IMG/VR virus record: IMGVR_UViG_3300012931_000291 | Span: 1-61,044 of that record | Strand: one strand, 5' to 3' | DNA from: a virus | Taxonomy: Duplodnaviria; Caudoviricetes | Length of the DNA stretch: 61,044 nt | Shown: positions 47,756-58,789 of the stretch, one piece after another | How positions within the stretch are numbered: the first letter of the stretch is position 1 | Layout of the letters: each line of letters opens with the position of its first letter | Made by a program: the position numbers and the translations under genes | The notes under the pieces: model-generated | What the model was told of the DNA's origin: nothing | The model's input: only the letters and a program-made list of their open reading frames with translations | The model's database searches: none

Positions 47756-49774
47756 ATGGGAGTTAAAGCTGCCGTTTTCCAGTCAGGGAGCATGGCTTCC
47801 TCGCACTACATACCGGGAGCATATTCGCGGATCGACTTCCAGAAGTCAGCTGGTGGTCTTTCATCCATCAACAATGCAGTCATTGTTGGTGATGCCCGAG
47901 GAGGCGAACCCAATGAACTCCTCTGGTTCAGTTCGCCTAGCGAAGCCGAAGCAACTTTGAGGAGTGGGCCACTCCTCAAAGCAATTAAACATGCTTTCCA
48001 ACCTAGCCCGGATTACACACCTCAAACCATCGCTGCTTTGCGTGTTAATCCAGGTCTCCAGGCAAATAGGACGCTCTCCAAAGTGTCGGCAGGCTTGGCA
48101 GAAAAAGTCAGGCTTATCGTCACTCACGCTGCGACGGCCAGTGAGGACGTCTCGATCATTCTGAACGGTGCCTCGGCGGTCACCATTGCAGTGGCCAGCG
48201 GGGATACGCCTGCTCAGATCGCGACCAAGATCGCCGCCGGGACTTTCCCTGGCTACTCCGCGGCCGCGTCGACTGACACGGTCACCTTCACGGCCTCCGC
48301 GGTCGGAAAGAACAGTGGAGCGAACACCTTCAGCGGTGGGACCACCGGAGTCACAGGAACCATCGCGAGAACAGTCGTGGGTATTGACGCCGCGACTTAC
48401 TACCCAATGGATGTGGATGCCTGGGACTGGGGCCTACACGGCAATCAGGTGAAGCTCAAGCTAGCTGCGGGCACGAACCAAGGCAAGATGCTAACCGTGC
48501 AGTTCATGTCCGAGACTGCTTACGTGGCTGACGACGTCTACAAAGCATCGATCCTGATCCAGTACACTGGGTCTGAGGCCTCCTGCGTACTGAGTATTAC
48601 GGATACTGAGCTTTTCACCGTCACTCCGGCTCACACTCAGGAGATCTCGGTCGATTTCGCCTCGTTTGAAACTGTCGAAGATGTGGTGAATTACATCAAC
48701 GACCAATCTGGATACTCAGCGACTCTTAGTGCCCTCGTGTCCACTGATCCGTCAAACGAACTTGATTGGGTTACTGCTCTAGACATCAAGACTGCTGCAG
48801 TAACTCTCGAATCAACAGTGCAAGCCTTAGTTGATGCCCTGAATGATTGCCCTTGGTGCGCAAACGCTCAATACGATGTTACGCAGGTCGGCCGAGTCCT
48901 CCCGGACAACATCACGACCTGGTCGTACTTCACTGGCGGTACCGACGGTGCCTACACCTCCTCGGAGTGGGCAACCTCGCTGGAGTACTTGGAGACGCAG
49001 GACATCCAGCTCATTGGTACCTCCTCGACCGACGCGGCAATACACGCCCTCATCCGAACTCACGTGGAGAAGATGAACAGTGTGACTGGCAAGTCGGAGC
49101 GCCAGGCCATACTCGGTGGTGCATCCGGGGAGACTATTGCTCAGGTGATCGCCAGGGCTCAGGCTATCAATTCGTCCGCGGTCTGCCTTGCCTACCCAGA
49201 ATTTCAAGATTGGAATGACGATGAAAGCGAGGTTATTTGGTGGGCCCCGGCTTATTACGCGTGCAAGCTTATTGGTTTGGCAACCTGCTTGGCGTTGAAT
49301 GAGCCGTTGACAAACAAACAACTTTCCGTCTTAGGCCTCACGTCGATTAAGACAACCGACCTGGAGAAGCTTATTCAAGGAGGTGTTTGCGCTGCGTACA
49401 AGAATCCGTTAGGGCAGTTCGTTAACTTGCGACAGATTACTACTTACCAAGGAAATCTGCTCCAGAAAAATGAGTTCTCAATGATGCGAGAGGCCTTGTA
49501 TATCAACAGGGATCTTCGCAACACTTTGGAGCAAAGTTTCGTTGGTCGGGCGATGACCAACAGCCTGCTCACGGACGTGGACGCGACAGTCAACCTCAAG
49601 CTTGCTCAGTATGCAGCACTCGGCCTCTTTAACGGTGACCCGATGTACTGGGGCTACCTGAGGAAGGTCAACGGGGATCAGATTATCGTTGAATTCAACT
49701 GTTACCTGACCCCACCGACGAACTTTATCTTCATCACCTCGCACATGGCGGTCTACGCCTCGACGACAGCGTGA
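47756..49774 (+). CDS. contractile tail sheath protein
   Basis: PGAYS, G.A.GG.P, DWG..GNQ, GGTDG, EPLTNK and RQITT motifs. Confidence 0.88.
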   Translation: MGVKAAVFQSGSMASSHYIPGAYSRIDFQKSAGGLSSINNAVIVGDARGGEPNELLWFSSPSEAEATLRSGPLLKAIKHAFQPSPDYTPQTIAALRVNPGLQANRTLSKVSAGLAEKVRLIVTHAATASEDVSIILNGASAVTIAVASGDTPAQIATKIAAGTFPGYSAAASTDTVTFTASAVGKNSGANTFSGGTTGVTGTIARTVVGIDAATYYPMDVDAWDWGLHGNQVKLKLAAGTNQGKMLTVQFMSETAYVADDVYKASILIQYTGSEASCVLSITDTELFTVTPAHTQEISVDFASFETVEDVVNYINDQSGYSATLSALVSTDPSNELDWVTALDIKTAAVTLESTVQALVDALNDCPWCANAQYDVTQVGRVLPDNITTWSYFTGGTDGAYTSSEWATSLEYLETQDIQLIGTSSTDAAIHALIRTHVEKMNSVTGKSERQAILGGASGETIAQVIARAQAINSSAVCLAYPEFQDWNDDESEVIWWAPAYYACKLIGLATCLALNEPLTNKQLSVLGLTSIKTTDLEKLIQGGVCAAYKNPLGQFVNLRQITTYQGNLLQKNEFSMMREALYINRDLRNTLEQSFVGRAMTNSLLTDVDATVNLKLAQYAALGLFNGDPMYWGYLRKVNGDQIIVEFNCYLTPPTNFIFITSHMAVYASTTA

Positions 49775-49810
49775 TGAGAGCAGTCTGAAAAGGAAGGGAG
49801 GAACTAGAAC

Positions 49811-50275
49811 ATGTCACAGAAACTGATAGCCGGCGGTGCGTGGGTCCAAGTCAAGGTCAAGGATACGGACGGAAAGTGGAAGGCAATCGGCCTCGCTTCC
49901 GGCTGCTCCTACGACGAAGACTGGGCCATCCAGCCCGCCAACGTGCTCAATCATCTCGGCCCCATCTCGTATGACTCACAAGGCTACTCGTGCACGATCA
50001 CAATCAACACCTTCGTGCCCGAGAACCCGGCAGCGATCTCGATCTTACCCGATGGAGGCGAGATCACGATCAAGGATCTCCTCCCCACGAGGGACACGGT
50101 CCAGACCGACGGGAAGGGCAAGCAGTTCGATGGACTTCAGTTCGTCAACACCGCTACCCAGGAGTCACTTCACGAGTTCGCGGACGTCATCATCGCCTCC
50201 AACGGCGAGCAGGTGGCACCTAACAGCTACGTGACAGCGAACATTCGGATGAACGCGGTGAAACGGACGAAGTAG
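49811..50275 (+). CDS. tail tube protein
   Basis: 154 aa, beta-rich, immediately after the sheath. Confidence 0.75.
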   Translation: MSQKLIAGGAWVQVKVKDTDGKWKAIGLASGCSYDEDWAIQPANVLNHLGPISYDSQGYSCTITINTFVPENPAAISILPDGGEITIKDLLPTRDTVQTDGKGKQFDGLQFVNTATQESLHEFADVIIASNGEQVAPNSYVTANIRMNAVKRTK

Positions 50276-50397
50276 CCGTCGAGAAACACATCTAACCCAG
50301 CCTCACTATGGGGTTGGGAGAGCGAGTCCATTTAAGGAGACATGCAATGAACCGAGCAGGAAAGGCAGCAGGAGACCAGAGGGAAGAGGCGAAGAAG

Positions 50398-50898
50398 ATG
50401 ACAGCGGAGCAGAACAAGCCGGAAGTGAACGAGACGCTGAAAAAGCTTTTGTCCGGCGAGGATCTCTTCGAGACTGTCGAGACCGATCGAGGAACGTTCA
50501 CCATCAAGTACCCTCGCCCCAAAGTCCTACGCCAGATCCAAGTCCTCCTCGCGCAGAGGTTCGATGACGTCAATCTGGGGAATATTGCCCCGTCGACGCT
50601 TCGCTTCTACGAAATCTATGCAACGCTCGACATTGTCATTGTCAAGGCACCTCAGTGGTGGGACGATCTGGACTCGTCAGAAGATTGCCCTGACGACAAG
50701 CTCATCGGCGATCTCTACAGGAGGTATCTTCGCTTTTACAATAGAATTCAGTCGGAAATTGGCGGAGCTGGAGCGGGATCTGGAAAAGAGCCTCCAGCAG
50801 GCGCCAGCGGAACTGAAAAAGCGGATGTGGTTGCTGGAGCATTTTCGGGTATTGCCCACGACGAAGGAGTACCAGGAGCTGATGGAAGAACAGATTGA
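50398..50898 (+). CDS. tail assembly chaperone
   Basis: GTFTIKYP, YATL...IVKAPQWW and LY..YL.F motifs; between tube and tape measure. Confidence 0.7.
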   Translation: MTAEQNKPEVNETLKKLLSGEDLFETVETDRGTFTIKYPRPKVLRQIQVLLAQRFDDVNLGNIAPSTLRFYEIYATLDIVIVKAPQWWDDLDSSEDCPDDKLIGDLYRRYLRFYNRIQSEIGGAGAGSGKEPPAGASGTEKADVVAGAFSGIAHDEGVPGADGRTD

Positions 50899-51094
50899 CG
50901 TTCTGTTCTTGTACCATGTCATGCGTCCGAGCGACGAGCAGCTTCGGGAGTACTACCGGCAGGAGGTCAAGACAGGGCAGGTCCAAGAGACACTTCCTGT
51001 CGAGTTGCTGAAAGCCCAAGGGTACACTGACGAGCAGATCGAGCGGATGAGAGCAGCAATCCCCCTGGCAGTCTCAGGGGAGAGGAAGAAGTAG
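50735..51094 (+). CDS. tail chaperone C-terminal extension (+1 frame; probably frameshift-fused)
   Basis: MWLLEHFRVLPT...EEQI..LF motif; overlaps the chaperone; start coordinate inferred. Confidence 0.5.
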   Translation, partial: FTIEFSRKLAELERDLEKSLQQAPAELKKRMWLLEHFRVLPTTKEYQELMEEQIDVLFLYHVMRPSDEQLREYYRQEVKTGQVQETLPVELLKAQGYTDEQIERMRAAIPLAVSGERKK

Positions 51095-53458
51095 ATGCCG
51101 GGAGCTCAGGTAGTCGGCATTCAGATAGATGTTCACGAAAACGCCTCAGTAGTAGGCCCCCGCGTTGCTCAGGTCTTCGAGAACATCGGAGATGCTGGGC
51201 AGCAAGCGGGGGCATCTTTACAAGACGCCTTCGACTTTTCCAAACTCAGTAGTCAGCTCGAGGGCTTTGCTGAAAAAGTCGACCGTTTGTACGAGACTAA
51301 GCTTGGTAAGCAACGAGAGCTCCAGACACGGTATATGGAGCTCCGCAATCAGACTATGGAGCAGAAGCTTAACACCCCCGAGGAGCGAGCAATCGCCCGG
51401 AGTAGTGAGGGTGGTGCTGGCAGCCGCGCGCTGATGACTGTCTCCCGTGCAGGAAGCGCAGTCGCACAAGCAGGAGAGACGGGGAACGCAATAGGGCCTG
51501 GGGCGAACATACTTGAGTCCCTGGGTGGAGCAGTTTCTAAGGCGGGACCGGTCGGTGCAGGGATCGCCGCGGTCGCAGGTGTTGTCTCCGTAACCGCGGT
51601 TATCACCGACCAGCTGACCAAGACTTACGAGGCCTTTGTGCCCACGATTATGGATACGACTGCTGCCCTAGGCCAACTCGGGAAATCTGCGGGCGAGAAC
51701 TCAATCGCGTTCAGAAAGAACCTACGCGAAGCTGCTGACGCTGCCTCCCAGTTTGGCTACTCTATCGAGACTGGCAACGAGGTGATGAGCAAACTCGCCC
51801 ACGGAGGAGTAGGTGGTGTAGCTGCGACCAGGGATGTCTTGGCTTACGCGAGAGGCTTCGGCGTAAGCCCAGGTGATTTGACCAACGCTAAGATCATGGC
51901 TGCGACGTATGATAAAGGATCAAACGTTCTAGGTCTGACCGCAGGCGGCGTAGGCATTCAGGGGATCGGTAGTGGCAGGTACGAAGAGTATTTGAATGCC
52001 TTAACTTCTGCGATGGAGGACGCCGTAGGAAAGGGTGTATCCAGGAGCTTCGAGGACATTTCTGGATCACTTAATTTCTTCTCCCGCCTTGGTCCGATGT
52101 GGCAAGGGCAGGTGGGTGCGCAGAAGGTTGCAGGGTTGAACCAGGCGCTGGCAGGCGCGACCGGACTCCAGAGCGAGACAGATGTTATCCTCTACCGAGC
52201 GGCTAAGGCTGAGGCTGTGAAAAGTGCCAAGGGTCAGTTTGACTACATCGACGTCATGCAGCGGATGGAGCAAGGCATGACAGTCGGGATGTTCAAGCAA
52301 ATATATGACCAGGTGAAGCAGATGACTGGGGGGTCAAAGACGGACATGATTGAGATGCTTCGTCAGACCTTCGGTGTAAACTATTCGATGGCTTCGAGTC
52401 TCTACCAGGCTGGGGCTGGGGGCGGTGGGGACCTGGCAAGCCTCGTGGCTAAACTACCCCCACCAACGGCTGAGTCAGACGAGATGAAACTTACAAAACA
52501 AGAGAACATGATTCGAATGGCAGTTATTGAAGCTGGGGAAACACTGCTTCCGGCAAAAACAGAAATTGTTAGTTCTCTTGCTGATGTTGTAAAACTCTTG
52601 TCGAAAATTGCAGGTGTTGACCTGGAATCTCAGACGAATGCGACAAGGGGTAAGGCAACACGCGAAGCACAGGTGACTGCTTCCAAAGAGTTTAGAAAAA
52701 ATTACGAACAAAAGTTTATTGATTGGGGCCAGACCACTAGTCAAACTTTACCTGGACAGCAGTTCGTCTCTGAATTATCTGACATCGGTATTGGTGGGGC
52801 GAATGGAGCACTCATAGATCTCATGAGCGGAACTGATACTGTAAATCAGGATGCGGCGGCAAAGCTGATGACTGCACTTCAAGGACTGAATCCAACACAA
52901 ATAGGGATGCTCTCAGGTGGCAAATACGGATCGCAAATGCAAGGTATTTTGGCTAGTATTGGAAACAAGGATCGTGTACTCCAGTCAGAAGAGACTGGTA
53001 GCTTCTACCAGGAATTTCAACCCATACTCGCAGCAGTGACTAAAGAGGCAGCTGGATATACTAGCAAGGCCCCAGCCGTTGGAAGTCTTGCAGCACTCTC
53101 CCGGTATACTATGGGTCTTCCAGAGGAGAACCCCAATTCTCTTCAAGCAGTGGGACGATATGGTCTTCAACAGCTTATGGATCAACTTACTGATCTTCAG
53201 CGGCCGCGGAAGAAAGGTTTGTTCGGGGAATCAGACGAGACTTACTCAGCTCGTTTAGCTAAAGCACAGAAGTTGGAAGATGCCTTGACAGGGCTTACGC
53301 CTGGACAAGTGGAAGGATTGATTAGTTCAGGCTCCCTAGGTGAGATGTATGCAAAGAATCAACTTTCGACGAAGGATGTAGATGCCTTAATCAAAGCGTT
53401 GAAGGATAACACCGCGGCCTTGAATGCCCCGGCAACTGTTACTGTGCAGTCGAAGTAG
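51095..53458 (+). CDS. tape measure protein
   Basis: 787 aa, rich in Ala/Gly, helical; position. Confidence 0.8.
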   Translation: MPGAQVVGIQIDVHENASVVGPRVAQVFENIGDAGQQAGASLQDAFDFSKLSSQLEGFAEKVDRLYETKLGKQRELQTRYMELRNQTMEQKLNTPEERAIARSSEGGAGSRALMTVSRAGSAVAQAGETGNAIGPGANILESLGGAVSKAGPVGAGIAAVAGVVSVTAVITDQLTKTYEAFVPTIMDTTAALGQLGKSAGENSIAFRKNLREAADAASQFGYSIETGNEVMSKLAHGGVGGVAATRDVLAYARGFGVSPGDLTNAKIMAATYDKGSNVLGLTAGGVGIQGIGSGRYEEYLNALTSAMEDAVGKGVSRSFEDISGSLNFFSRLGPMWQGQVGAQKVAGLNQALAGATGLQSETDVILYRAAKAEAVKSAKGQFDYIDVMQRMEQGMTVGMFKQIYDQVKQMTGGSKTDMIEMLRQTFGVNYSMASSLYQAGAGGGGDLASLVAKLPPPTAESDEMKLTKQENMIRMAVIEAGETLLPAKTEIVSSLADVVKLLSKIAGVDLESQTNATRGKATREAQVTASKEFRKNYEQKFIDWGQTTSQTLPGQQFVSELSDIGIGGANGALIDLMSGTDTVNQDAAAKLMTALQGLNPTQIGMLSGGKYGSQMQGILASIGNKDRVLQSEETGSFYQEFQPILAAVTKEAAGYTSKAPAVGSLAALSRYTMGLPEENPNSLQAVGRYGLQQLMDQLTDLQRPRKKGLFGESDETYSARLAKAQKLEDALTGLTPGQVEGLISSGSLGEMYAKNQLSTKDVDALIKALKDNTAALNAPATVTVQSK

Positions 53459-53467
53459 GAGTGAAAG

Positions 53468-54883
53468 ATGGCAATTAGTACGTATAGCAGAACCCCAGCC
53501 TTTTCAATCGAGGTGGTTCGACCAGACTATACGCAAGCACAGTCCTACAAGGAAGATCTGATCGTAGTCTTTGGAATGTCTGGTAATTCAGGGCAGTCCA
53601 CTGCTTGTATTTCTTACGAGTTCCAGGAGTTGACAGCCAGTCTTGAAGGAAGTTTTTCTTTCACCACGACTTTGGAACGCGATTCACAAGGAAAAACTTG
53701 GTATGATAAGATTAAGTCCCGGGACCTCGTGCGCATCTCCGAGCATGGAAAGGTCAGATTTGTGGGGTATCTTGCAGACAAACGGTACATAGCACGAATG
53801 GCTGAACGAGGACCAGAGCGTTCGATCTTGTTCAGCGGAAAATCAATCGGTTCTTTCCTAGTCACGTTTTCAATTATTTTGGATCTTCATATACTTTCTG
53901 CCTCGACCACGGCGCAGACAGCACAAACAAAGTTTATGGAAGCTATCGCAGCGAATGTTGATACAGGACAGCAGATGGCCGCAGTCATCGTTGCTATCAA
54001 AGATGCTTACTTTGAGATGATGGAAGCGATCGGAGGGAACCAAAATCTCGGCGTGAAGCATATTATCGACTCAATGTTTGACTTTTCTACTAGAATGTCC
54101 ACCTCGTTGACTGCCCAGTACCCAATTGCCATCTCTGCATTCCAGACGCAGGAAAACAATCTCTGGGACACGATCTCCCAGGTCCTCAACCCACCCTTCC
54201 ATGAATTGTATGGAATGTGGGATCCTGATGCGAAGAAGTATCAGATATGGCTTCGTCAGACTCCTTTTGATGCTTCTGATTGGATGAATCTCCCAATCTT
54301 TAAGATTCCAGATGATATCCCGGCTCTTTTATTGGTTGATTATGATGTGGGGGCCTCAGACGCAGATGTCAAGACCTTTTTTGTCTGCACTCTGCCGGGT
54401 TCTGGTATTTCTCGCGAGAAAGCATTGACACTTGATAGCTACTCTCGAAGTGCAGTAGTTGATGACACGAAGTGGCCTTATTATGGGTTTAGGCCAATGT
54501 ACGTGGAGTGTCGTTTTTTTTCTCGCTCGGAGGAGAATCAAAAGAACTTCTCGGGCGCGGAGCAGTTGATGCACGACTTGTCACAGAAGCTCTACGACTG
54601 GTACTCGAACAACGCAGATTTTCTGACCGGGACAGTCACAATCATGTCCGTTGAAGATAATACATATAAGGCCTATCCGAGGATTGGTGAACGCCTAGGG
54701 TTTCTCGGCGGTGAATTTTACATTGAGGCAACAAAGTCCTCTTGGCAATATGAAGGACAAATGACTCGCTCGTTGTCTGTTTCGAGGGGGTACATGTATA
54801 CGGCAACTGGTAGTCAGCGTGAACCGATCCAACAAGTCGGACCAAAGATTGGTGTACTTGAGCAAGGAGCAGCTAATGGCTAA
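53468..54883 (+). CDS. baseplate hub protein
   Basis: PFHELY, LRQTPF, YGFRP and RIGERL...EFYIE...SW....T.LSVSRG motifs. Confidence 0.7.
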   Translation: MAISTYSRTPAFSIEVVRPDYTQAQSYKEDLIVVFGMSGNSGQSTACISYEFQELTASLEGSFSFTTTLERDSQGKTWYDKIKSRDLVRISEHGKVRFVGYLADKRYIARMAERGPERSILFSGKSIGSFLVTFSIILDLHILSASTTAQTAQTKFMEAIAANVDTGQQMAAVIVAIKDAYFEMMEAIGGNQNLGVKHIIDSMFDFSTRMSTSLTAQYPIAISAFQTQENNLWDTISQVLNPPFHELYGMWDPDAKKYQIWLRQTPFDASDWMNLPIFKIPDDIPALLLVDYDVGASDADVKTFFVCTLPGSGISREKALTLDSYSRSAVVDDTKWPYYGFRPMYVECRFFSRSEENQKNFSGAEQLMHDLSQKLYDWYSNNADFLTGTVTIMSVEDNTYKAYPRIGERLGFLGGEFYIEATKSSWQYEGQMTRSLSVSRGYMYTATGSQREPIQQVGPKIGVLEQGAANG

Positions 54884-55625
54884 GAATATGAATATCATTT
54901 TTCGTAAACCCCCAGAGCAAATTTCCCAAGCCTCAGAGGTACAGAACAAGAAGCGGATGGATGAAACCTCCTTCGGAAACTCCTTCCTGCCTTTGATGTG
55001 GGGGAAGGTCAAGGAAAAAACTGGAATGCAAACCGTAAATATCGAGTTGATAAACGGTTTGAAGATTAAGGATGTACCGGTTGCCTCGAAGGAATGGGTT
55101 GCACCAGGAACAGTACAAGACAGCACGCTTTCTTCTGGTCAGATCGATCTTCCACCTGTCAACGCCAAAGTCCTCATTGCCTTTATAGATGGGGTGATTG
55201 ACAATCCGGTTGTACTCCCAATATCTGGTTTCGATATTTTGATCAGCAATCAGTTGAAGGTACTTCTGAAGTCAGATCAACAATCGAAAGTTATAAATGT
55301 GGATGAGTATGGATGGAAGATGACCTACGACAAGGAGACAGGTAAGCTGATTTATCAGAGCCCTGACGTCGACGACTATAACCAGATTACGCTTACCGTC
55401 GATGTGGAGAACAAGTCGATTGTCCTGGATCATCGTTACTCGACGGACTCGACCGACCGGAACACGATCACTATCGACACGAACGGGATTTCCTTGGTCG
55501 ATACATTCGGCAATGAGTTTGAGTTTGCAAGTACTGGGGTGAAAATAACAGATTTGAACGGCAACACGATAGAAGGAGGAACGACGAGCTTAAAGCTGAA
55601 CGGCAACCTGGAGGTTTTACAGTGA
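54876..55625 (+). CDS. baseplate spike (gpV-like)
   Basis: LPPVNAKVLIAFIDG OB-fold motif, followed by D..GN beta repeats. Confidence 0.7.
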   Translation: MAKNMNIIFRKPPEQISQASEVQNKKRMDETSFGNSFLPLMWGKVKEKTGMQTVNIELINGLKIKDVPVASKEWVAPGTVQDSTLSSGQIDLPPVNAKVLIAFIDGVIDNPVVLPISGFDILISNQLKVLLKSDQQSKVINVDEYGWKMTYDKETGKLIYQSPDVDDYNQITLTVDVENKSIVLDHRYSTDSTDRNTITIDTNGISLVDTFGNEFEFASTGVKITDLNGNTIEGGTTSLKLNGNLEVLQ

Positions 55626-56002
55626 GTAAGGCCTTCTTCACCACCGCAGGGTCGATAGAACACGACTCAGGATCGGTCGTCTCTGGCGGGTCCTTCTCCA
55701 TTTCTACCCCTGCGTCCACGAAGATCAAGGCTTCTGGCAACTTCGTATACATTGGGCCTACTATCACTGTATCATTCAGCGGAGGGAACATGTCTGGGAT
55801 GGTTCCAGGATCTGTCGCGGGCGCTGGAACCATCGCGCCGACGACGAGTAAGAACTACGAGATTCCGTCACTCGGAATCCTCCGTGATGAAGATTCAGGG
55901 ACTTTGATAGGAACAGGACAGCCGACGGGTGGTGGCTCACCTGTCCCAGTGAGCATCCCTTGTCATTGTCACGATACACAAATAAAGGTTGTAGGAGGGT
56001 GA
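55622..56002 (+). CDS. putative spike-tip protein
   Basis: Small, rich in Gly/Ser/Thr; follows the spike gene. Confidence 0.45.
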   Translation: MSKAFFTTAGSIEHDSGSVVSGGSFSISTPASTKIKASGNFVYIGPTITVSFSGGNMSGMVPGSVAGAGTIAPTTSKNYEIPSLGILRDEDSGTLIGTGQPTGGGSPVPVSIPCHCHDTQIKVVGG

Positions 56003-56003
56003 T

Positions 56004-57704
56004 ATGAGTGTATCCTATCCAAACCTTTACCAGAGATCAATTCTCTTCGAGATCATCAACATTAAAAATCCTAGCGAGATTGTCTCTGCGTTTACACTAA
56101 CAATCCCGCCCGACTCAATTGAAATCACACAAGGTCAGCGTATTACCAGAACTAAGACCTTTGGTGGGGTATTTATTGACGACTACGGTTTGGATGTGGC
56201 TAAGATTACTATTTCTGGTACGACAGGAAATGGAGACCTTCGAGCAACATACATTCCGGGTAAGAGCGGGGCACTTGAACAGTACTCAGGCAAAGATGCA
56301 ATTTATGCCTTCCGTGACAAAATCGCACGGTACAAGAATCTCTTGGTTGGAAAGGGTTTTGAATCTTATGAAATGAGGATGTATGATTTCTCAACTGTTC
56401 CTGACACTACTGCTCTAGACACAGTTCAAAACTCGACGACAGATGGTTGGGTCGTTTCCCTTGACGATTTCAAAATTAGTAGATCGAAAGATCGTCCTCT
56501 TTGGTATAACTATTCTATCGAGCTTGTTGGACTGTATCCTCTTCCCACTCCTCGATCGAAGGTTGCTGATGAAATGGATCCAATTGTAAGTCCAACTGGG
56601 GATACAGATCTTGCTACTCTAAGTAATGAGGTAAACCAAGGACTAGCCACAGTTAAAGTTCCAACGGCAAAAGATTGGCTCCAAGATGCAATTTATGGCA
56701 TGCGACGGTGTATCAATGCAGTGAAAGCTGCTTATTCGTGGTCAGCGAATCTTTTGAACAAGATTGATAATGTATTTGCCACTTTGGATGATTTGGAAGA
56801 ACTTTGCCTTGAATACATTGATGCTACAGGAAATCTTGTTACTGAGGCTTCCGGTTTGTACTCGAAGATTTTTGAGGTCGCAGAGTTTCCAGGTGCAGCA
56901 GCTGTTACGGCTATGAGTACAACGAATGAGGTAATGCAAGAAATAGAGGATGAAATAGAGGACAGCACCGCCATTACAGAAACTTTAGGGAATAATTACG
57001 ATTATGTTGTTCAACTTTGTGAGGAGACCAAAAGAATCGCCGCGAGAATTGTTAATTTTGGCAAGTCACAAGTAGTCGATACTGAGGTTACTGTCCAAGT
57101 TAATGGGCAGAACGTTACAATTTACGGGACAATCTCAATCACTGCAGATTCTGCGGTTACATTGGATAAGTTGGCTGCGCAGTACTATGGTGATCCATCT
57201 TTAGCTATGTTAATTGCTGTGTACAATGGCTTGACTAACAATGACGTTGTAGCAGGTGTAGTTATTAGAATCCCTCAAACAGTTCGATCGAATCTTGTTC
57301 TTGATAACAAGATTTATTCTTGGGATCGTTTGTCGAATTATGGAACAGACATCCTTCTTGCTTCTTCGTCTCAAGGAGCGAAGTTAGTCATTGCAGAATC
57401 TGGAGATTTCTCTTATGTTTCGGGTAAAGACAACTTACTCCAAGCAATCAATCTCCGTCTGAATGAGCAGTTGGGTAAGCGGTTGCGGTTGACCGTTTAT
57501 GGCCTCTCAGTCGCGATTGGCTCGCCGAGAACAAATACAGCTCCAATTGAGTACATTCTTTCTAATCTACGGGATACCTTGAAGCAGGATCCTCGAGTGA
57601 AGTCGATTGACAATATCAAATTGAACGGAGTAGGGGATAGTTTGTATGTAGCGTTTAACGTTCAAGCTATTAGTGACTCTATTTCCTATGAAGGAGTATT
57701 GTAA
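56004..57704 (+). CDS. tube initiator + LysM-like + gp25-like baseplate fusion
   Basis: TKTFGG..IDDYG..ISGTTG; TLDKLAAQYYGD...IA.YN; SGKDNLLQAI..RL...YG...QDPRV. Confidence 0.75.
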   Translation: MSVSYPNLYQRSILFEIINIKNPSEIVSAFTLTIPPDSIEITQGQRITRTKTFGGVFIDDYGLDVAKITISGTTGNGDLRATYIPGKSGALEQYSGKDAIYAFRDKIARYKNLLVGKGFESYEMRMYDFSTVPDTTALDTVQNSTTDGWVVSLDDFKISRSKDRPLWYNYSIELVGLYPLPTPRSKVADEMDPIVSPTGDTDLATLSNEVNQGLATVKVPTAKDWLQDAIYGMRRCINAVKAAYSWSANLLNKIDNVFATLDDLEELCLEYIDATGNLVTEASGLYSKIFEVAEFPGAAAVTAMSTTNEVMQEIEDEIEDSTAITETLGNNYDYVVQLCEETKRIAARIVNFGKSQVVDTEVTVQVNGQNVTIYGTISITADSAVTLDKLAAQYYGDPSLAMLIAVYNGLTNNDVVAGVVIRIPQTVRSNLVLDNKIYSWDRLSNYGTDILLASSSQGAKLVIAESGDFSYVSGKDNLLQAINLRLNEQLGKRLRLTVYGLSVAIGSPRTNTAPIEYILSNLRDTLKQDPRVKSIDNIKLNGVGDSLYVAFNVQAISDSISYEGVL

Positions 57705-58789
57705 TGGCAACATACAATGCCAAAACTTATCGAGCAATTCTTGCCGATATGGAGGCGTGGATCATTGCAACGCAAGACAAGATCACCGATTTCAACGAGG
57801 GAGCAGGAATAACTTCCTTTGTTGAAGCAGTAGCACAGCAAGTTGAGCAGATTTATCTCCGAGCAAAGATTGGGTTTATTAAGTATCTGCCAAATCTTCC
57901 TTTCTATGCCTTTGGATTTGCTAAAAACTCAGGCACAAATGCAGTAGGTGTAGTTGTTTTTTCGAGAAATACAGCAACCACCGACTCTGTTTCTATCCCC
58001 ATTGGGACGATTGTGTCCACATCTTCTGGATTACGTTTTATTACTACTACGCTGGGGACGATTCTAGCAAATGAAACAGCATCTGATGATGTAGCAATTG
58101 AGGCTTATGACATTGGTACACAATACAACGTTCCGGCAAACACAATCGATGTCATGACCACATCTGTAGTTGGCGTTGATACTGTTGACAATGCTGCGGC
58201 AACGACAGGTGGATTAGACGAAGAGACTGACAATGCTTTTGAACAGAGGTTCCACACATACGTTTTGGGTCTTGGGCGAGGGAATGTTTCAGGGTTGATA
58301 ACTTGTGCGAAGTCAGTTGAAGGTGTACGTTCGGCTAGTGTGGTCGAGCACTTTCCACCCATAACAGGGTTCTGGAATGTCTCTTTGTATATAGACGACG
58401 GGACGGGACTAGCCCCTGATACTCTTATTACTGCTGTTGAAGAAGTGTTAATTGGTGATGGTACTACATCTAATCCGGGGTACAAACCTGCTGGAATCAA
58501 TGTACGTGTTCTTGGTCCAACCTTGGTACCAATCCCAGTAACTGTAGTTGTTACTAGTACAGGAAGCATTTCTGATGATACAATAAAAACAAATATCCAG
58601 ACTGCAATCGAAAATTACATCAACACCCTGGTTTTAGGCGAAGATTTCATCTACTATGAGTTAATAAACGTACTTATGGGTGTACCTGGGGTCTACAATC
58701 TTGTACTAAGTACTCCTACAGATGATGTGACTATTGCTGAAACTCAGATAGCTAGAACCGGTACGATTACTATTACATTTGCAGTATGA
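57704..58789 (+). CDS. baseplate J-like wedge protein
   Basis: ITDFNEG, IPIGT, G..YNV and GGLDEETD..F..R motifs. Confidence 0.88.
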   Translation: MATYNAKTYRAILADMEAWIIATQDKITDFNEGAGITSFVEAVAQQVEQIYLRAKIGFIKYLPNLPFYAFGFAKNSGTNAVGVVVFSRNTATTDSVSIPIGTIVSTSSGLRFITTTLGTILANETASDDVAIEAYDIGTQYNVPANTIDVMTTSVVGVDTVDNAAATTGGLDEETDNAFEQRFHTYVLGLGRGNVSGLITCAKSVEGVRSASVVEHFPPITGFWNVSLYIDDGTGLAPDTLITAVEEVLIGDGTTSNPGYKPAGINVRVLGPTLVPIPVTVVVTSTGSISDDTIKTNIQTAIENYINTLVLGEDFIYYELINVLMGVPGVYNLVLSTPTDDVTIAETQIARTGTITITFAV

